The position numbers and the translations under genes are program-made. From Octopus sinensis (lineage: Eukaryota): 64,000 bases of DNA. The notes under the pieces are model-generated. The model ran no database searches and was not told where the DNA came from. It saw nothing but the letters and a program-made list of their open reading frames with translations. Below are positions 26,612 to 40,800 of this stretch, piece after piece. Numbering within the stretch: the stretch's first letter is position 1; each line of letters begins with the position of its first letter. Location of the stretch: positions 27,900,001 to 27,964,000 of the forward strand of contig NC_043006.1 of the NCBI RefSeq assembly GCF_006345805.1, read 5' to 3'.

Positions 26612-28830
26612 CATATAGGGTGCAGTGAATAAATTGTCACCTAAATAATGCAAAAATGTAAATAACACCGACATCTCATTTTAACAGATATATTTACCAA
26701 AATTACATAAAAATACCTTGAAATACTAAAGAGTAAATTTATTCAATAAAATCACTATTGGCTTCAACCACGGTCACCTTGTTTATGTTGGTGAATGCTG
26801 CCATAATTGTTGCTTTCAGTTAATCTTTGGTGCTGCAAGGAGTTCTGTTGGTTCTCGCTCAACTGTGCCCCACACAAAATAATCAAGAAGGTTACAATCT
26901 GGGGAGTTAGGTGGTTGGATGTTAGGGGTGATGTGGTTGCAGAAATTGTCTGACAGCCATGAATTGGGTTCTTCTACTTGTGTGGCATGGTGCAGAGTCC
27001 TGGTGCCAGACATAGGTTCTTCCAGCAGCCACCCTATTGACCCAGGTCAGCACTACCTCCTCCAGGCACTTGATGTAGGCCTCCATGTTAAGTCTGAGGC
27101 CATGTTGAAGCTGAGTGGAGGCATAATGTCACCATCACTAGTGATCACTGCAAACACCATGATGTTGACTGGATGTTTGATTTTTATCATTCTCAGTACA
27201 GTTTTGGGGACATGGCAAACCAACAGTTGTTCTGTGAGTTCACCATCTGGTCCTGGCAGAAATTTTACTCGTCTGAGAAAAAACAAAACATGTTCAGTTG
27301 GAGGGGATGCTTGAGGCTGTTCAAAAGCTTTGTAGTTTGGTCTTTCCTCTTGTCCTTGATGGCTTGGGATAAAAATTAGCCCTTTCTCATCTTGTATGAG
27401 GAATACTGAATGTCTTCATGCACCACCTGCCTGATAAGAAACTCAGACACTCCCATATCCCTGGCAATGGACCTGATTGACTTGGAAGGATCGTTGTCAA
27501 TCAAGGCCTGAATCTCACCAACAAATTCAGGAGTTCTTTTCTTATCAGAATGATCAGAGTGAATTTCCCAAGCTGCTGTACTTTCATAATCACCATCAGA
27601 CTCATCTAACTCTTTCCAAATCCTCTGCACTGTTCTCAGATTGACACCCAAACACTGTGAAATGTTCGTATTGGAGCTTCCAGCATGAATGTCAGGCAGT
27701 GCAGCATGTTGTTTTGAAATTTCTGGCAGAGGGAATTGTGTCATGGTACTATTTTTCTCAGACGGTGCCCAACTGACCCTACTATACTGTGTAGTCGACA
27801 AAATCAAAAACTAACAAAGCACATGCACGAAATTAAAAATATAAAATGGCGACAAATCTTTACTTAAAATATTGCAGCTAAGGATAAAATTTCAAATAAA
27901 ATATCTAGATTTAGAAAATATTAGCTTTTATTAAAACTAAAAATTTTATTACAAGTTATTACTTCCATTTATTATTACTTGTTACTTCTATTAAAAATAA
28001 AAAATAACTCAATTGAAATATCTTTGCACTCTATCGTTCGTTCGTTTAACATCCGTTTTCCATGCTAGCATGGGTTGGACGGTTCGACCGGGAATCTGGG
28101 AAGCCAGAAGGCTGCACAGGCTCCAGTTTGATCTGGCAGTGTTTCTACAGCTGGATGCCCTTCCTAACGCCAACCACTCCTTGAGTGTAGTGGGTGCTTT
28201 TTACGTGCCACCTGCACAGGTGCCAGGCAAGGCTGGCAACGGCCATGATCGGATTAGTGAATTTTACGTGCCACCGGCACATCTATAAAAACATTAATTT
28301 TTTTCATTATCAATTAATTATTAGAAATTTGAAAATAGGGTATAAAAAATAATAGTAGTACATAATTAGTTAGTACAATGAATAGAATAATATAAAAATT
28401 AGTTATATATTACAGTAAAATCTACCTATAACAACAAATTCACAGTAAAATTTGTTTGAGTTATTGCCTAAGTTATTGCCAAGTCTTCACATTTTTAGTC
28501 TTGACCCAATGTCTATTTTTTACATAATGAATTTGTCTACCATATATACTATTCTACTTTGCATAAAACTTTAGCTATATTGGTACTTCTGGCTTTCATT
28601 TTTTAAATATTCTAATGTGTCAATATTTTAACAAAATGATGTTAACTTTTTTTAATTATAATGTTACTTGATAAATTAAAACCAAATAATTTTTAATATT
28701 CAAATTTTATCCTTAGCTGCAATATTTTAAGTAAAAATTTTCTTGTTCAATACTTTACCAGATATAATAAGTTGTCCTGAACTTTTCCAAGTGTCATAAC
28801 TTTTCCTGTAATTTTCCAGGTGTGCTCACC

Positions 28831-28866
<36 letters not shown>

Positions 28867-31800
28867 ATATATATGTATATATATAGATATATATATATAT
28901 ATATGTATGTATGCATGTATGTGTGTGCGTATATATACATGTTGCATTTTTGTTCCATTTATATACATATCATCATCATCATCATCAGCATACTTCAACA
29001 TCTGTTTTCCATGCTGTGGAATTGGCTGGACTTTGTAACCAGAGTTGACAAGCAGAAGAGCTGCACTAAGTTCCAGTCTGATCTGGTTTGGTTTCTATGT
29101 TTGGATGCCCTTTCTAATGCCAACCACTTTACAGTTTATGCTAGGTATTTTTAATGTGGCACCGGCATAAGTGCTTTTTTATGGCACTGGCACAAGTGTT
29201 TTTTATGTAACACCAGCACATAACTATTGCAGGTCAATCTTCTTTACCAGTAGGAGTGGGCTTAATACTTCTGCTATGAAAGATGGGTCTTTTTGAGTAC
29301 AGGATAGTGCCAGGTATCTCAGTCATTTGTCATCTTGTCTGAAATATTCAGTGTCCTGAGATTGTTCTTTACAACTTCATCCTGTCTTCCTGAGACTCTC
29401 TCTTCCACAAGTTCCATCCACTTTGAGAGAGTGGCACTTCTTTATGGGGCTGTTGTCAGCATCCACACTCACACATGTATATATATATACATACATATAC
29501 ATGCATAGTATATATATATATATATATATATATGCACAAACACACACGCACATATATATCGTAGAATAGTAAAGAAAAAGCTCTTGGTACAGTATTATAT
29601 ATATTTGCCAGAATGAGTAGTACGTATATGTATATATATGCATATGCATGTGTATATGTATGTGTGTGTATACGTGTGTGCATATGTGAGGTGGATGTAT
29701 ATATATATGTATATGTGTGTGTATTTGTATACATATGTGTTTATGTATGTCTATATATATGTGCATGCATACATGTGTATAAGTGGATATGTATTATATG
29801 TGTGTACATATGTATGTGTGTATATATATATGTGTGTGTGTGTGTGTATGTGTGTATATATATATGTGTGTGTGTATGTACATGTATATATATATATAAA
29901 AATTAATAATTACATATACTAGCAGAAAGACTGCCCTCTGGGTGGTTTTCTGCTAGCCCCTTGATAATATTTTGACATTTGATTCCCAGTTCTAATAATT
30001 TTTATATTCTATGTCTAATTACTTCTTTGTATTATAGTGCTTACTTACTAAATTTTGCTTTCATTATTTTATCACAGTCATAATCTCCCTTTTTAAACAA
30101 ACATCATGGTAGTCCAACAACAGAGGGAGAAGCAGTTTGTCAAGTTTTACCTTGCCCTCAAAACAACATAGAGATTTCAATTCAGCAGCCCATCTGTAAG
30201 CTTTCTAGTGTGTGTATGTAAGAGAGAGAAAATTGCAAACAATTAATGAAATAAACATGAAATGAAAAAAAAATCATATAAATAAAAGGGCATTACTACA
30301 GATGTATATGCCCCCGAATTTGTTGCCTCCTAACATCCAGAAAAATGAATACTTTTTAACAAAATTTTCTACATATACCACTTAGATATTGTAGCTTCAG
30401 AGTATATAGGGATTTATAGGACAGAATTTTTCCGAGGGGCTGGTGAGAAGAATTTCGGGAAATTCACTCAATCTGACTTTTTTCCCCTCATAACTTTCAG
30501 GAAGATGGGCATCTTTTAGTGAAAATTTATGCAAATCCCTTTCAAATGGCATAGATTGCAATTATAAAGAAATTTGTTGGGGGTATTTTCTCCATTTTTT
30601 TTTTTTAAGGTACAGTTTTCGAAATGATGGGGTTGGGAGCATCTTTGTATGAAAAATGTTTTGAAAACTCTTTTTTTTTACACCCTCCTTCCCTCATCAT
30701 CCCACTCCGGACCTATTTTGGGCAATTTTTTTTGCACTTCAAAACCATGGGTAGAGCATTTTCAGTAAAAAAAAAAAAATGCTAATATTTTCAGAGGGAA
30801 AAGTGAGTGATTTAAGGGCGATTTGGCTGTTGTTTCTAGCACGTCCAAAGTCAACCCTCCTCATTTCTTTATCACTTTCGCATGTATTGATGTTTTTCAA
30901 TATTTCACCCCCATAAATACATTTGAGAAATTATGAATTTTTTGCAACCCCACTGCCTGCCCCTGATTGTTTCTGTTCAGAAATTGATAGCCTGAGAAGA
31001 TCATTGCTGACATTTATCCATAGTGATTTAAACAAATTAGGGAGATGTACTTGCATAGCAAATGACTTGATCTGAAATCGTGTGCTGAAACAAAAACAAT
31101 TGCAGTATAGATGTTTGTAAGCCATTCAAGAACACACAAAACCATTAGTTTCATGGCACTACTTAAATACAGAGGTCCCAATGCATCTACATAACAATAT
31201 GAAGAGGAGGGTTAGTTTTTAAGGTTAGGGTTAGTTAGGGCTAGGGTGTCATTACATGTCCACACAGCATACATTTAAAAGGTTTTGTATGTAAGACCTG
31301 TATTTAAGTAGCATCATTAAGGGACCTCTGTATTCAAGTATTACCAGTTTCACTTCAATATTAAAATTTCATTTGTGCCCAAATATTTTCGTCGCTTTCA
31401 AACCAAAACCTGTTCACTGACAAAACTTCACAAAAGTGATGCAGCACAAAGTTTTGTCATTGAGCACACACATACTCATTGCCTTTCATTTGTGGGTATG
31501 TGTATCTCTGTGTGTGCAGAAGTGAGCACTGGTGTGTGTGTGTCACTGTTGAAGTTGCTTGCGTATATAATGGTTTAGTGGTATAGAATGTTTGGAAACT
31601 GTGAATAAGGTGCAAGTTTTGAGTACTTGTTGATAACTTTGTTTTTTTCTCCTCATCTTCTAATAGTAATTACCCAACTTTCTAGGCTCTTCTCACAGAT
31701 ATCCTGCATTCAAAAATTATATGGGTATTTAAAAAAATTTTCATTCAATAAAACATTTTTTTACATTACATATACATTAATGGAATAAACTATCAGTTTT

Positions 31801-34800
31801 TCAAATAGCGAATTAAAACTTAAAAGAGAAAGTGAGAGACTTTGCAAATGAAAATGGAATAGTCCGCAGTGAATGCAATGAATATTTAAATTTATGATGA
31901 ATTGGAGTTAAAAAAATTCAATAAACTTGAGAAATTGAAATTATAGGAAATTTCTTAGAACATGAATTTATAAAAATATTTCTAGACAGTCAGCTTTTTA
32001 ATAATTGCTTTCTTTTAGCAATTGTTACATACCTAATTAATAAGCAGCTTTCTCCGAGAACTAGCAGTCGATCATTCTAGAACTCCCAGAATAAAAATGT
32101 AAACGCCTGAAAGACTTTTCCCTCTATTCATTACTGAATGTCTTTCCCTCTTCTTCATTATTAAAAGTAAAGAAGCTAGAAAAGATTGATCGTATTTCGG
32201 TCTAATTGTCATTGTAAATGACTGAGGCTTTCCTTTCTCTGTGTCTATTGCTTCACTCCTTTTCCATATGGTTAAGAGAGTGAAGGTGTGTGGCTCAGTG
32301 GTTAGGGGTATTCAGCCCATGATCGTAAAGTCATGAGTACGATTCCCTGCGGCATGCTGTGTTTTTGAGCAAGGTGCTTGCTGCAGTCCACTCAGCTGGC
32401 AAAAATGAGTTGTAGCTGTAATTCAAAGGGGCCAACCTCGTCACATTCTGTGTGAGGCTGAATCTTCCTGAGAACTACCTTATGGTATGCATGTCTGTGG
32501 AGTACTCAGCTACTAGCATGTTAATTTTATGAGCAGACTGTGCATTGATCAGATAAACAGGAACCTCATTGTCGTAACCGATCGAGAGCCATTTTTTAAG
32601 AGAAAGAAAAGGAAATGTTCCATATCGTAAGGCAAAAATGTTGTGTGTGTAGTATAAACAGTGAAAGCTAAGACAAAATAATTGCTTTTCCGGCACGCAT
32701 TCACCCTCAGCTCATGCTCAGTTTGATAACAATAGGCTGTGCATTAGTGTTTATGTGGGGACTTGACCTCCAGATCTGTGAGACCCACAAATGCTGCTGT
32801 TAGGACCGGATTAACACCCATAGTGACCCTATCAACTAAAAAGATTTTCCTGTCCCTATATAGGATCTTTTATCATTTTCTCCCACCCACTTGAAGGTTT
32901 ATCTAGCTCCAGTCCACTCAGCTGGTCAAAATGAGTTGTAGCTGTAATTCAAAGGGGCCAGCTTTGTAATATTCTGTGTGAGACTGAATCTCCCTGAGAA
33001 TTACGTTAATGATATGCATGTCTGTGGAGTACTCAGCAACTTGTGAGTTAATTTTATCCTCATGTGGTAATGAAAAGTGAAAGTGACATCCAATATTTGT
33101 TGTATTTAAGTATCTATGTATCAACCTTTCTGTGGATCTATGTATCTACTGTCTCTCTCTCTTTCTCTTTCACTTCCTCTATGCTCCTCCTCTCTCCCAC
33201 TTTTAATTTAACAATGTGTGTATATATCTATGTATCTACTTTTCTTGCGATGTGATAAACATTTAAAAACAAAAAATCAACGCCATCACCACTCACTGTC
33301 CCTTTCACTCTCTCTCTCTCTCTCTCTTTTTCTCTTACTTCCTCTCTATTCTCTCTCGCTTTGCCACTCACTTCTTCTTTGAAGTAAGTGTGAGAGACAC
33401 CACAGGTACGGACAAAAACAAAACTAAGCGTATTAATATTATTGATAGGTCCAGGAGTAGCTGTGTGGTAGGTAGCTTGCTTAACAACCACATGGTTCTG
33501 GGTTCAGTCCCACTGCGTGGCACCTTGGGCAAGAGTCTTCTTCTATAGCCTTGGGCTGACCAAAGCCTTGAGTGAATTTGGTAGATGGAAACTGAAAGAA
33601 GCCTGTCATATGTGTGTATATATGTTTGTGTGTCTGTATTTGTTCCCCCACTATCACTTGACAATCGATGCTGGTATGTTTACACACACGTAACTTAGTG
33701 GTTTAGCAAAAGAGACCAATAGAATAAGTACTAGGCTCACAAAGAACGAGTCCTGCGGTTGATTTGTTTGACTAAAGGTGGTGCTCTAGCATGGCCACAG
33801 TCAAATGACTGAAACAAATAAATAAGTAAAAAAAATACATATATTTATACTTACTTTACTTTTACTTTTACTTGTTTCAGTCATTTGACTGTGGCCATGT
33901 TGGAGCACCACCTTTTAGTTGAGCAAATCGACCCCGGGACTTATTCTTTGTAAGCCTAGTACTTATTCTATTGGTCTCTTTTGCTGAACCGCTAAGTTAC
34001 GGAGACGTAAACACACCAGCATCGGTTGTCAAGCGATGTTGGGGGGACAAACACATATATATATATACATATATACGACGGGCTTCTTTCAGTTTCCGTC
34101 TACCAAATCCACTCACAAAGCTTTAATCAGCCCGAGGCTATAGTAGAAGACACTTGCGCAAGGTGCCACGCAGTGGGACTGAACCCGGAACCATGTGGTT
34201 GGTAAGCAAAATCTATTCGATAGGCTAAAATACTATTAGTAGACCTAAACCTTATAGAACAGGTGGTAAGAGATGCAACTTACGCATAAAGGAAATGTAC
34301 CAAATTTTTACTTCAAAATTTCATCCAATAAAAACAAGGCAAGAATGAGCACTAAGATGCCTTCACACAGGAAGATATACTTTTAAACAATTTAAATAAA
34401 CATTTAGAGCTCCTACCTCTGCTGGCAACAAAGGGCCTCTCTCTCAGAGTCAAAGGCAGATTGTATGATGCCTGTGTGCAAACAGCTATGTTACATAGCA
34501 GTGAAACATGGGCTGTTACAGCTGAGGACATGCGTACGCTTAAAAGAAATTAAGCCAGTGTGCTTTGTTGGATATGCAACATCAGTGTGCATGTTCAACA
34601 GAGTGTAAGCATCTTGAGAGAAAAGTTAGGCATATTAGGCATCAGATGTGGTGTGCAAGGGAGACGACTGCGCTGGTATGGTCAAGTAGTGCGAATGGAC
34701 GAGGACAGCTGTGTAAAGAAGTGCTGAACTCTAACTGTGGAGAGAACCTATGGTAGAGGTAGACCCAGGAAGACATAGGATGAGGTGGTGAAGCATGATC

Positions 34801-37800
34801 TTTGAACTTTGGGTCTCACAGAGGCAATGAATAGTGACCAAGACCTTTGGTGATATTCTGTGCTTGAGAAAACCTGTCAAGCTAAGTAAAATCATAGTCA
34901 TGGCTAATGCTAGTGTCATCTAACTGGCACATATAAAAGCACCTTTCGAGTGTTGGGCCTTACAGAGGCAAAGTGGCTGAGCTCATTTCAAGTGGTGGGC
35001 CTCACAGAGGCAATGACGGAGACCTTTGGTATTATGTTGTACTTGACATGACCTATGAAGCCGAGCAAAATCGCAGTCATGGCAGATAGCAGTGTCATGC
35101 AAACAGCATCCATGCTGGCGGCACGTAAAACCCATTACACTCTCAGAGTAGTTAACATTAGGAAGGGTATCAAGCTGTAGAAACCATGCCAAATCAGGCT
35201 GGAGTCTGGTGCACCCTTCCAGTTTGCCATCCCTGGTCAAACTGTCCAACCCATGCCAGCATGGACAATGGACATTAAATGATGATGATGATGATGATGA
35301 CATAACACTATATATAGTAATACTAATTATAATAATAGAGAAACCAAGAACCAGAAAAATAAATCAAGCATATTAGAATACCTCTACACTAATAATATAC
35401 TCTTTGCAATGAATGGAACAATAAACTTCTAGAATTAACGATAAATTTACATAAACATTTGACCTATTTTTAGGACCATCTTTTGCTTCACTTACAAGGA
35501 TAGTATAGGTGAACCCTAGGTCAAGATTCCTATGACTATTGATAGAAAATGGACGTAAGTGGAGAACATAGTTCTAGATATACTATAAGAAAACAAAAGA
35601 TGGCATGGTTAGAGCTGGAATACCTTTGATTGTAGTTCTGCTATTTCAGAGCTAAATAACAATAATTATTATGTTGCTCAGTTTAAACCAAGTTTTCATT
35701 TAAAGAAAAGGAAAAGGATATGATTTGGTCCAAGATTTTTCTGTTTCTTTGAGGATAAAGTCCAGTTTATTGGTGGAATCATACTGAAATTAAAAACAAT
35801 CTAATTAATTATAAGCAGCAAACAAGAACTGTAATTGGATATTTTCCCCAAAGTTATGAATTATATGTGGCGTAACTATGAAAGGTTTGAAATAAAATTA
35901 ATGCTATCTCTTCAGTAAATTGTATTCCTTGGTAGTTCATCTAACAATAAACCATAAATGTTTTACATTCGTAAACAAAGTGAAACAGGGTAGTCTTTCT
36001 TACATGAACACTTACATTTGAGGACACATGCTAATCTTTCTTATACAAATACTTACATTTAAAAGGGGTACACATGCTGAGTTGTCTAACCTATGCCAGC
36101 ATGGAAGGAGGACACTTAACGACGATGATGATGATACTGTGTAAAATTAGCTTGTTTAATCATCATCATCATCGTTTAACATCCGCTTTCCATGCTGGCA
36201 TAGAAATACTCCTTTATTTGGAATAGTGTGTTCACTTTAGTCTTCAGCATCCAAGAACAAGATCCTTTAAATAATTAGTGAATACTACCTCACCTGCATA
36301 CATCTTTTTTTCATATAATTTCTACATTGGTTTTTCTGACCCTTTAACTCTAACATGTCTTTCTGACACTATAGAGTGTCTCAGAATTAACTATCCCATT
36401 TCAATGAAATCGAGCAAATTTAAAAAAAAAAAAAACTGACAGAATTTTATATTACTTAGTTATGATACCAAAACAAATAGACTTGTAAATTCTAAAGTAT
36501 TCTAGGTAGACTTTCTTAATTAGATATAAACAATTAAAAGGATTAATTACCATTTCCAACGACATTGTATAAAAAGAAGTAGGACACAAATGTGCAAGAC
36601 AAGAAGACTTATATGGAAATAACGATTCAGAAAGATATCCTCTGGTAGAAACCGCCAGTTGACAGTCCATTGGAAAAGAAATTGTCGACCAAGGTCAAAA
36701 GAACGCACAATGTACCCAACATGATTTTCTATGAGGAATGGTAGCGCAAGTACGATCTGTAAAAAACAGAAACCAAAAATTCAACCAATTCAAGAGGTTA
36801 AAAGGTTTTTTTTTTTAATAAAGAAATAGAAAGATAAAAGTGCAAGTGATTTAAGAATGAAAAATAGGAGGAAAATAAATTTGTCCCTATTTCATCTTTA
36901 ACAAAATGCTGCTAAACCTGAGCCAAACATTTGAAATCTAAAAGAAATAATAGTAGTGTATTCTATAAGATATAATATAATGTTGATATTTATAATATAA
37001 AGTGAAGGTGCATGGCTCAGTGGTTAGAGCGTCGAGCTTATGATCGTGAAATTGATTCCTGGACCAGGCTGTGTGTTCTGTTCTTGAGCAAGACACTTTA
37101 TTTCACGTTACTCCAGTTAACTTAGCTGTAGAAATGACTTACATCACTGGTGCCAAGCTGTATCGGCCTTTGCCGTTCCCTTGGATAACATCAGTGGTGT
37201 GGAGAGAGGAGGCTGGTATGCATGGGCGACTGCTAGCCTTCCACAAACAATCTTGCTCAGACTTGTGCCTCGGAGGGTAACTTTCAAGGTGCAATCCCAT
37301 GGTCATTCATGACTGAAAGGGGTCTCCCCTTCCTCCTCATTTATAATATAATGATAACATATATAATATAATGCTAATATATATTATGTAATGTTTATAT
37401 ATAATATAATGTCATATATACTATAATGTTAATAGAGAGATCATGCAGTCTATATAAACTTGTTACATTTCACCCATTCTATAGAGTACAATATCTAATC
37501 TCTGAACTATTTGTTGAAATAAATTAAACATTTTTTATGTCACTTTTATTAGGCCTTTGTCTGTAATTAGGTACGGCATTTAATTAATGGAATATCACTT
37601 TAAGACATCACCCCCAATACAAGTTAGTCTGACAGAGCTAATTATGCTTTTAGGAGGATTTGGGGCTTTTCTGCTTATAGTGGCAAGCTGTATTGCTCTA
37701 TTATACACATTTCTAACTCTGTGAAGCAACTATTTAGGAGTTAACTGTCTTAATCATGGACTTAATGTACATTAGAGTTAGAGCAATGATAAATCTAAAA

Positions 37801-40800
37801 AGAAGAGATGAGCACCTGATGCGTCAAGTCTGCTACCTGGTTTAGATTTCCAGTTGCCATTCTTTCACAACACTAAAATAGGGCTTTTGTATAGCTAGTG
37901 CATGTAGGTAGTAACACAAAATGGGTAAAACATTGTCAAAAATGTGAAGAGATGAAAATGTAAATAATATCACAAACCTGAGGAAGAGCACATATTATTA
38001 AGTGGTAGATAGTTTTTAAAATGCCGTGCCTCACCAATAATAGGAGGAGGAGAGCCGGTGAAAAGAGAAGTATGTTCATTTTGACTGAAACACCAAAACT
38101 ACAATAAAATATTAAATATAATTAATAGGATATTGATAATTGTTATGAAATGATAATAATTAGAGAGGCATAAATGAAATGTTTCCCCGACTTTGCTTCC
38201 TTTCCTTTTATTTCTTTCTTTTAATGAAATAAAATAAAACTGTATTCTCTACAAACCACTTAGAAAGTACAATTTTAGTGTTCGTTTCAGAATGTTTCAA
38301 TAATGGACATGTCAACCCAATATTTCCATGTTGGGCTTTATAGAAGGCTTTCACAATATCTTAAACTTGGATTTTATTGAATGTTTTCCACAGTATTTCA
38401 GCCAAACCTCAACAAAGGAGGGCAAATAGTTTTATGACATGAAACCGCAGACAGTTTCATTTTCTTTTCTCTCTGAAACACATTAATTCTTACCCAAACA
38501 CAACTGATGAGCTCAACTTTTGCATTGTATACACTGCACCACTAACACTGCTGTTGTCACAGCTGCTACTACTACTGCTTCAGTAGGGGGTGGATGCTAT
38601 GAAAGTGTAGCTGCTAGAATAAGAATAGCCTCGGCAAAGTTCAGAGAGCTCCTACTTCAGCTGGTGACAAAGAGCCACTTGCTCAGAGTAAAAGGTAGAC
38701 TGTATGACGTATGCGTGTGAACAGTCATGCTACACGGCAATGAAACATGGGCCGTGACTGTTAAGGACATGCGTAAGCTTGCAAGGAATGAAGCCAGTAT
38801 GTTCTGCTGGATGTGCAATGTCAGTGTGCATACACAACAGAGTGTAAGCACCCTGAGAGAAAAGTTGGACCTAAGAAGCATCAGATGTAGTGTGCAAGAG
38901 AGACGACTGCGTTGGTATGATCATGTGTTGCGAATGAATGAGGACAGCTGTGTGAAAAAGGGTCACACCCTAGCAGTTGATGGAACCTGTGGAAGAGGTA
39001 GACCCAGGAAAACTTGGGATGAGGCGGTGAAGCATGACCTTCAAACATTGGGCCTTACTGAGGCAATGAATAGTAACCGAGACCTTTGGAGATTTTTCTG
39101 TGCTTGAGAAGACCCGACAAGCCAAGTGAGACCATAGCCCATGGCCTATGCCAGTGGTTGTAACCAGCCTATTTATGAATACCCCTCATTCATTGGACAA
39201 TAAACCTTGCTTGTGAAGACCTATTGAGGCAAGTGAAATCAAAATCAAAATCAAAATTGCTGACGTGGCCGACGACAGTACCGCCTGATTGGCACTTGTG
39301 CCAGTAGAACATTAAAAGCACATCTGAACGTGGGGCCACTTATGAGTACTCCTCATTCATTGGACAATGAACTTTGCTTGCGAAGACCTAATGAGGTAAG
39401 TGTAAACAAATCAAAATCACTGATGCGGCTGATGACATTACCACCTGATTGGCACTCATGCCAGTAGAATGTTTAAAGAAGCATATCTGAGCATGATCGT
39501 TGCCAGGGCCACGGATTGGCTCCAATGTAGGTGACATGTGAAAAGCACCATTTGAGCGTGATTGTTGCCAAAGTCACCTTACTGGCACATGTGCTGATGA
39601 CATGTTAAAAACAACATTTGAGCATGGTCGTTGCCAGTGCCGCCGGACTGTCTCCCTTGCAGGTAGCACATAAAAACACCTTTTGAGCATGGTCCTTGCA
39701 AGAACCGCCTGACTGGCTCTCGTAAAAAGCACTCACTACATTCTTGGAGTGGTTGGCGTTAGGAAGGGCATCCAGCAGTAGAAACTTGCCAGATCAGATT
39801 GAGCCTGGTGTAGCCTCTGGCTCACCAGTCCTCAGTCAAACCGTCCAACCCATGCCAGCATGGAAAGCAGACATTAAACGATGATGATGATGATGTAAAA
39901 CATCAAGAAGTTGACGAAAAGAATTTCCTTGAATAAGAAAAATAGTTTTAGCATCTTATTTTTACTTTATAATTAGTTTTCCCAAGCAAAACCAAAATTT
40001 GATGAGAACCAATAGTAAGATAATATAGTAATACAAACCTGTAGAATAAACATCCAAGACCCCAGTAGTCTCTGATGAAAAGTGAAACAGAGATAAAGAA
40101 AAGCAACATGGCAATTGGGTCATTGAAGAGACGAAGCACATAGATGGAGTGGATTCGATAGGATGCACAGCACATGAAGAGGAAAAAGTAAGGAGCAATC
40201 TGTAGTAAAAAAATGAGAGAAAAAGAAATAAAGAATATAAGATTCATAATTTTACCATCACAAACAATATTAGAATAATGAGGGGATCTTCTACATGGTC
40301 ATTTGACCTACTAGAAATAACAGCAAAATTTTTCTCACATCACACTTATTGGACAATGTAGTTTAGACACATAGTATCTTGGTAAGGATAACAACAACCT
40401 AAAATATCTGATAATAAATCTACTCAGCAGAGGGAAACATTTTAGAAATGAAATGCTAATTTAGGCTGCATAAAACAATGCGATCATAGAACAGACTGGA
40501 ACAAAGATATCCAAAGTACTGAACCAGTAAATGGTAGTTCCTAAACAGTTAGCAGGTCACTTTAACCCTTTCATTACTATATTTCTGCTGAAATACAATG
40601 CTTTTGCTTCAATTAATTTTGAAAATAATGGAAAATTTTGTAAAATTATTTTGTCATTATTAAGCTGGTACTTGGAACAAATTAACATAAAATTTTGATG
40701 AAAGGTTTTAATTTAGATTACCTTAATCCGAACGTGGCCAATGCCAGCGCCGCCCCGACTGGTTTCTGTGCCGGTGGCACATAAAAAGCACCATCCGAAC

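Larger units (their letters stand above)
25707..35721 (-). other. ALG3: U12-type AT-AC intron (ALG3 intron 7), 10,015 bp
   Basis: 5' end ATATCCTTTT (35721-35712), branch site CCTTAAC (25722-25716), 3' end CCAC. Only this junction keeps the ALG3 frame. Confidence 0.93.
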
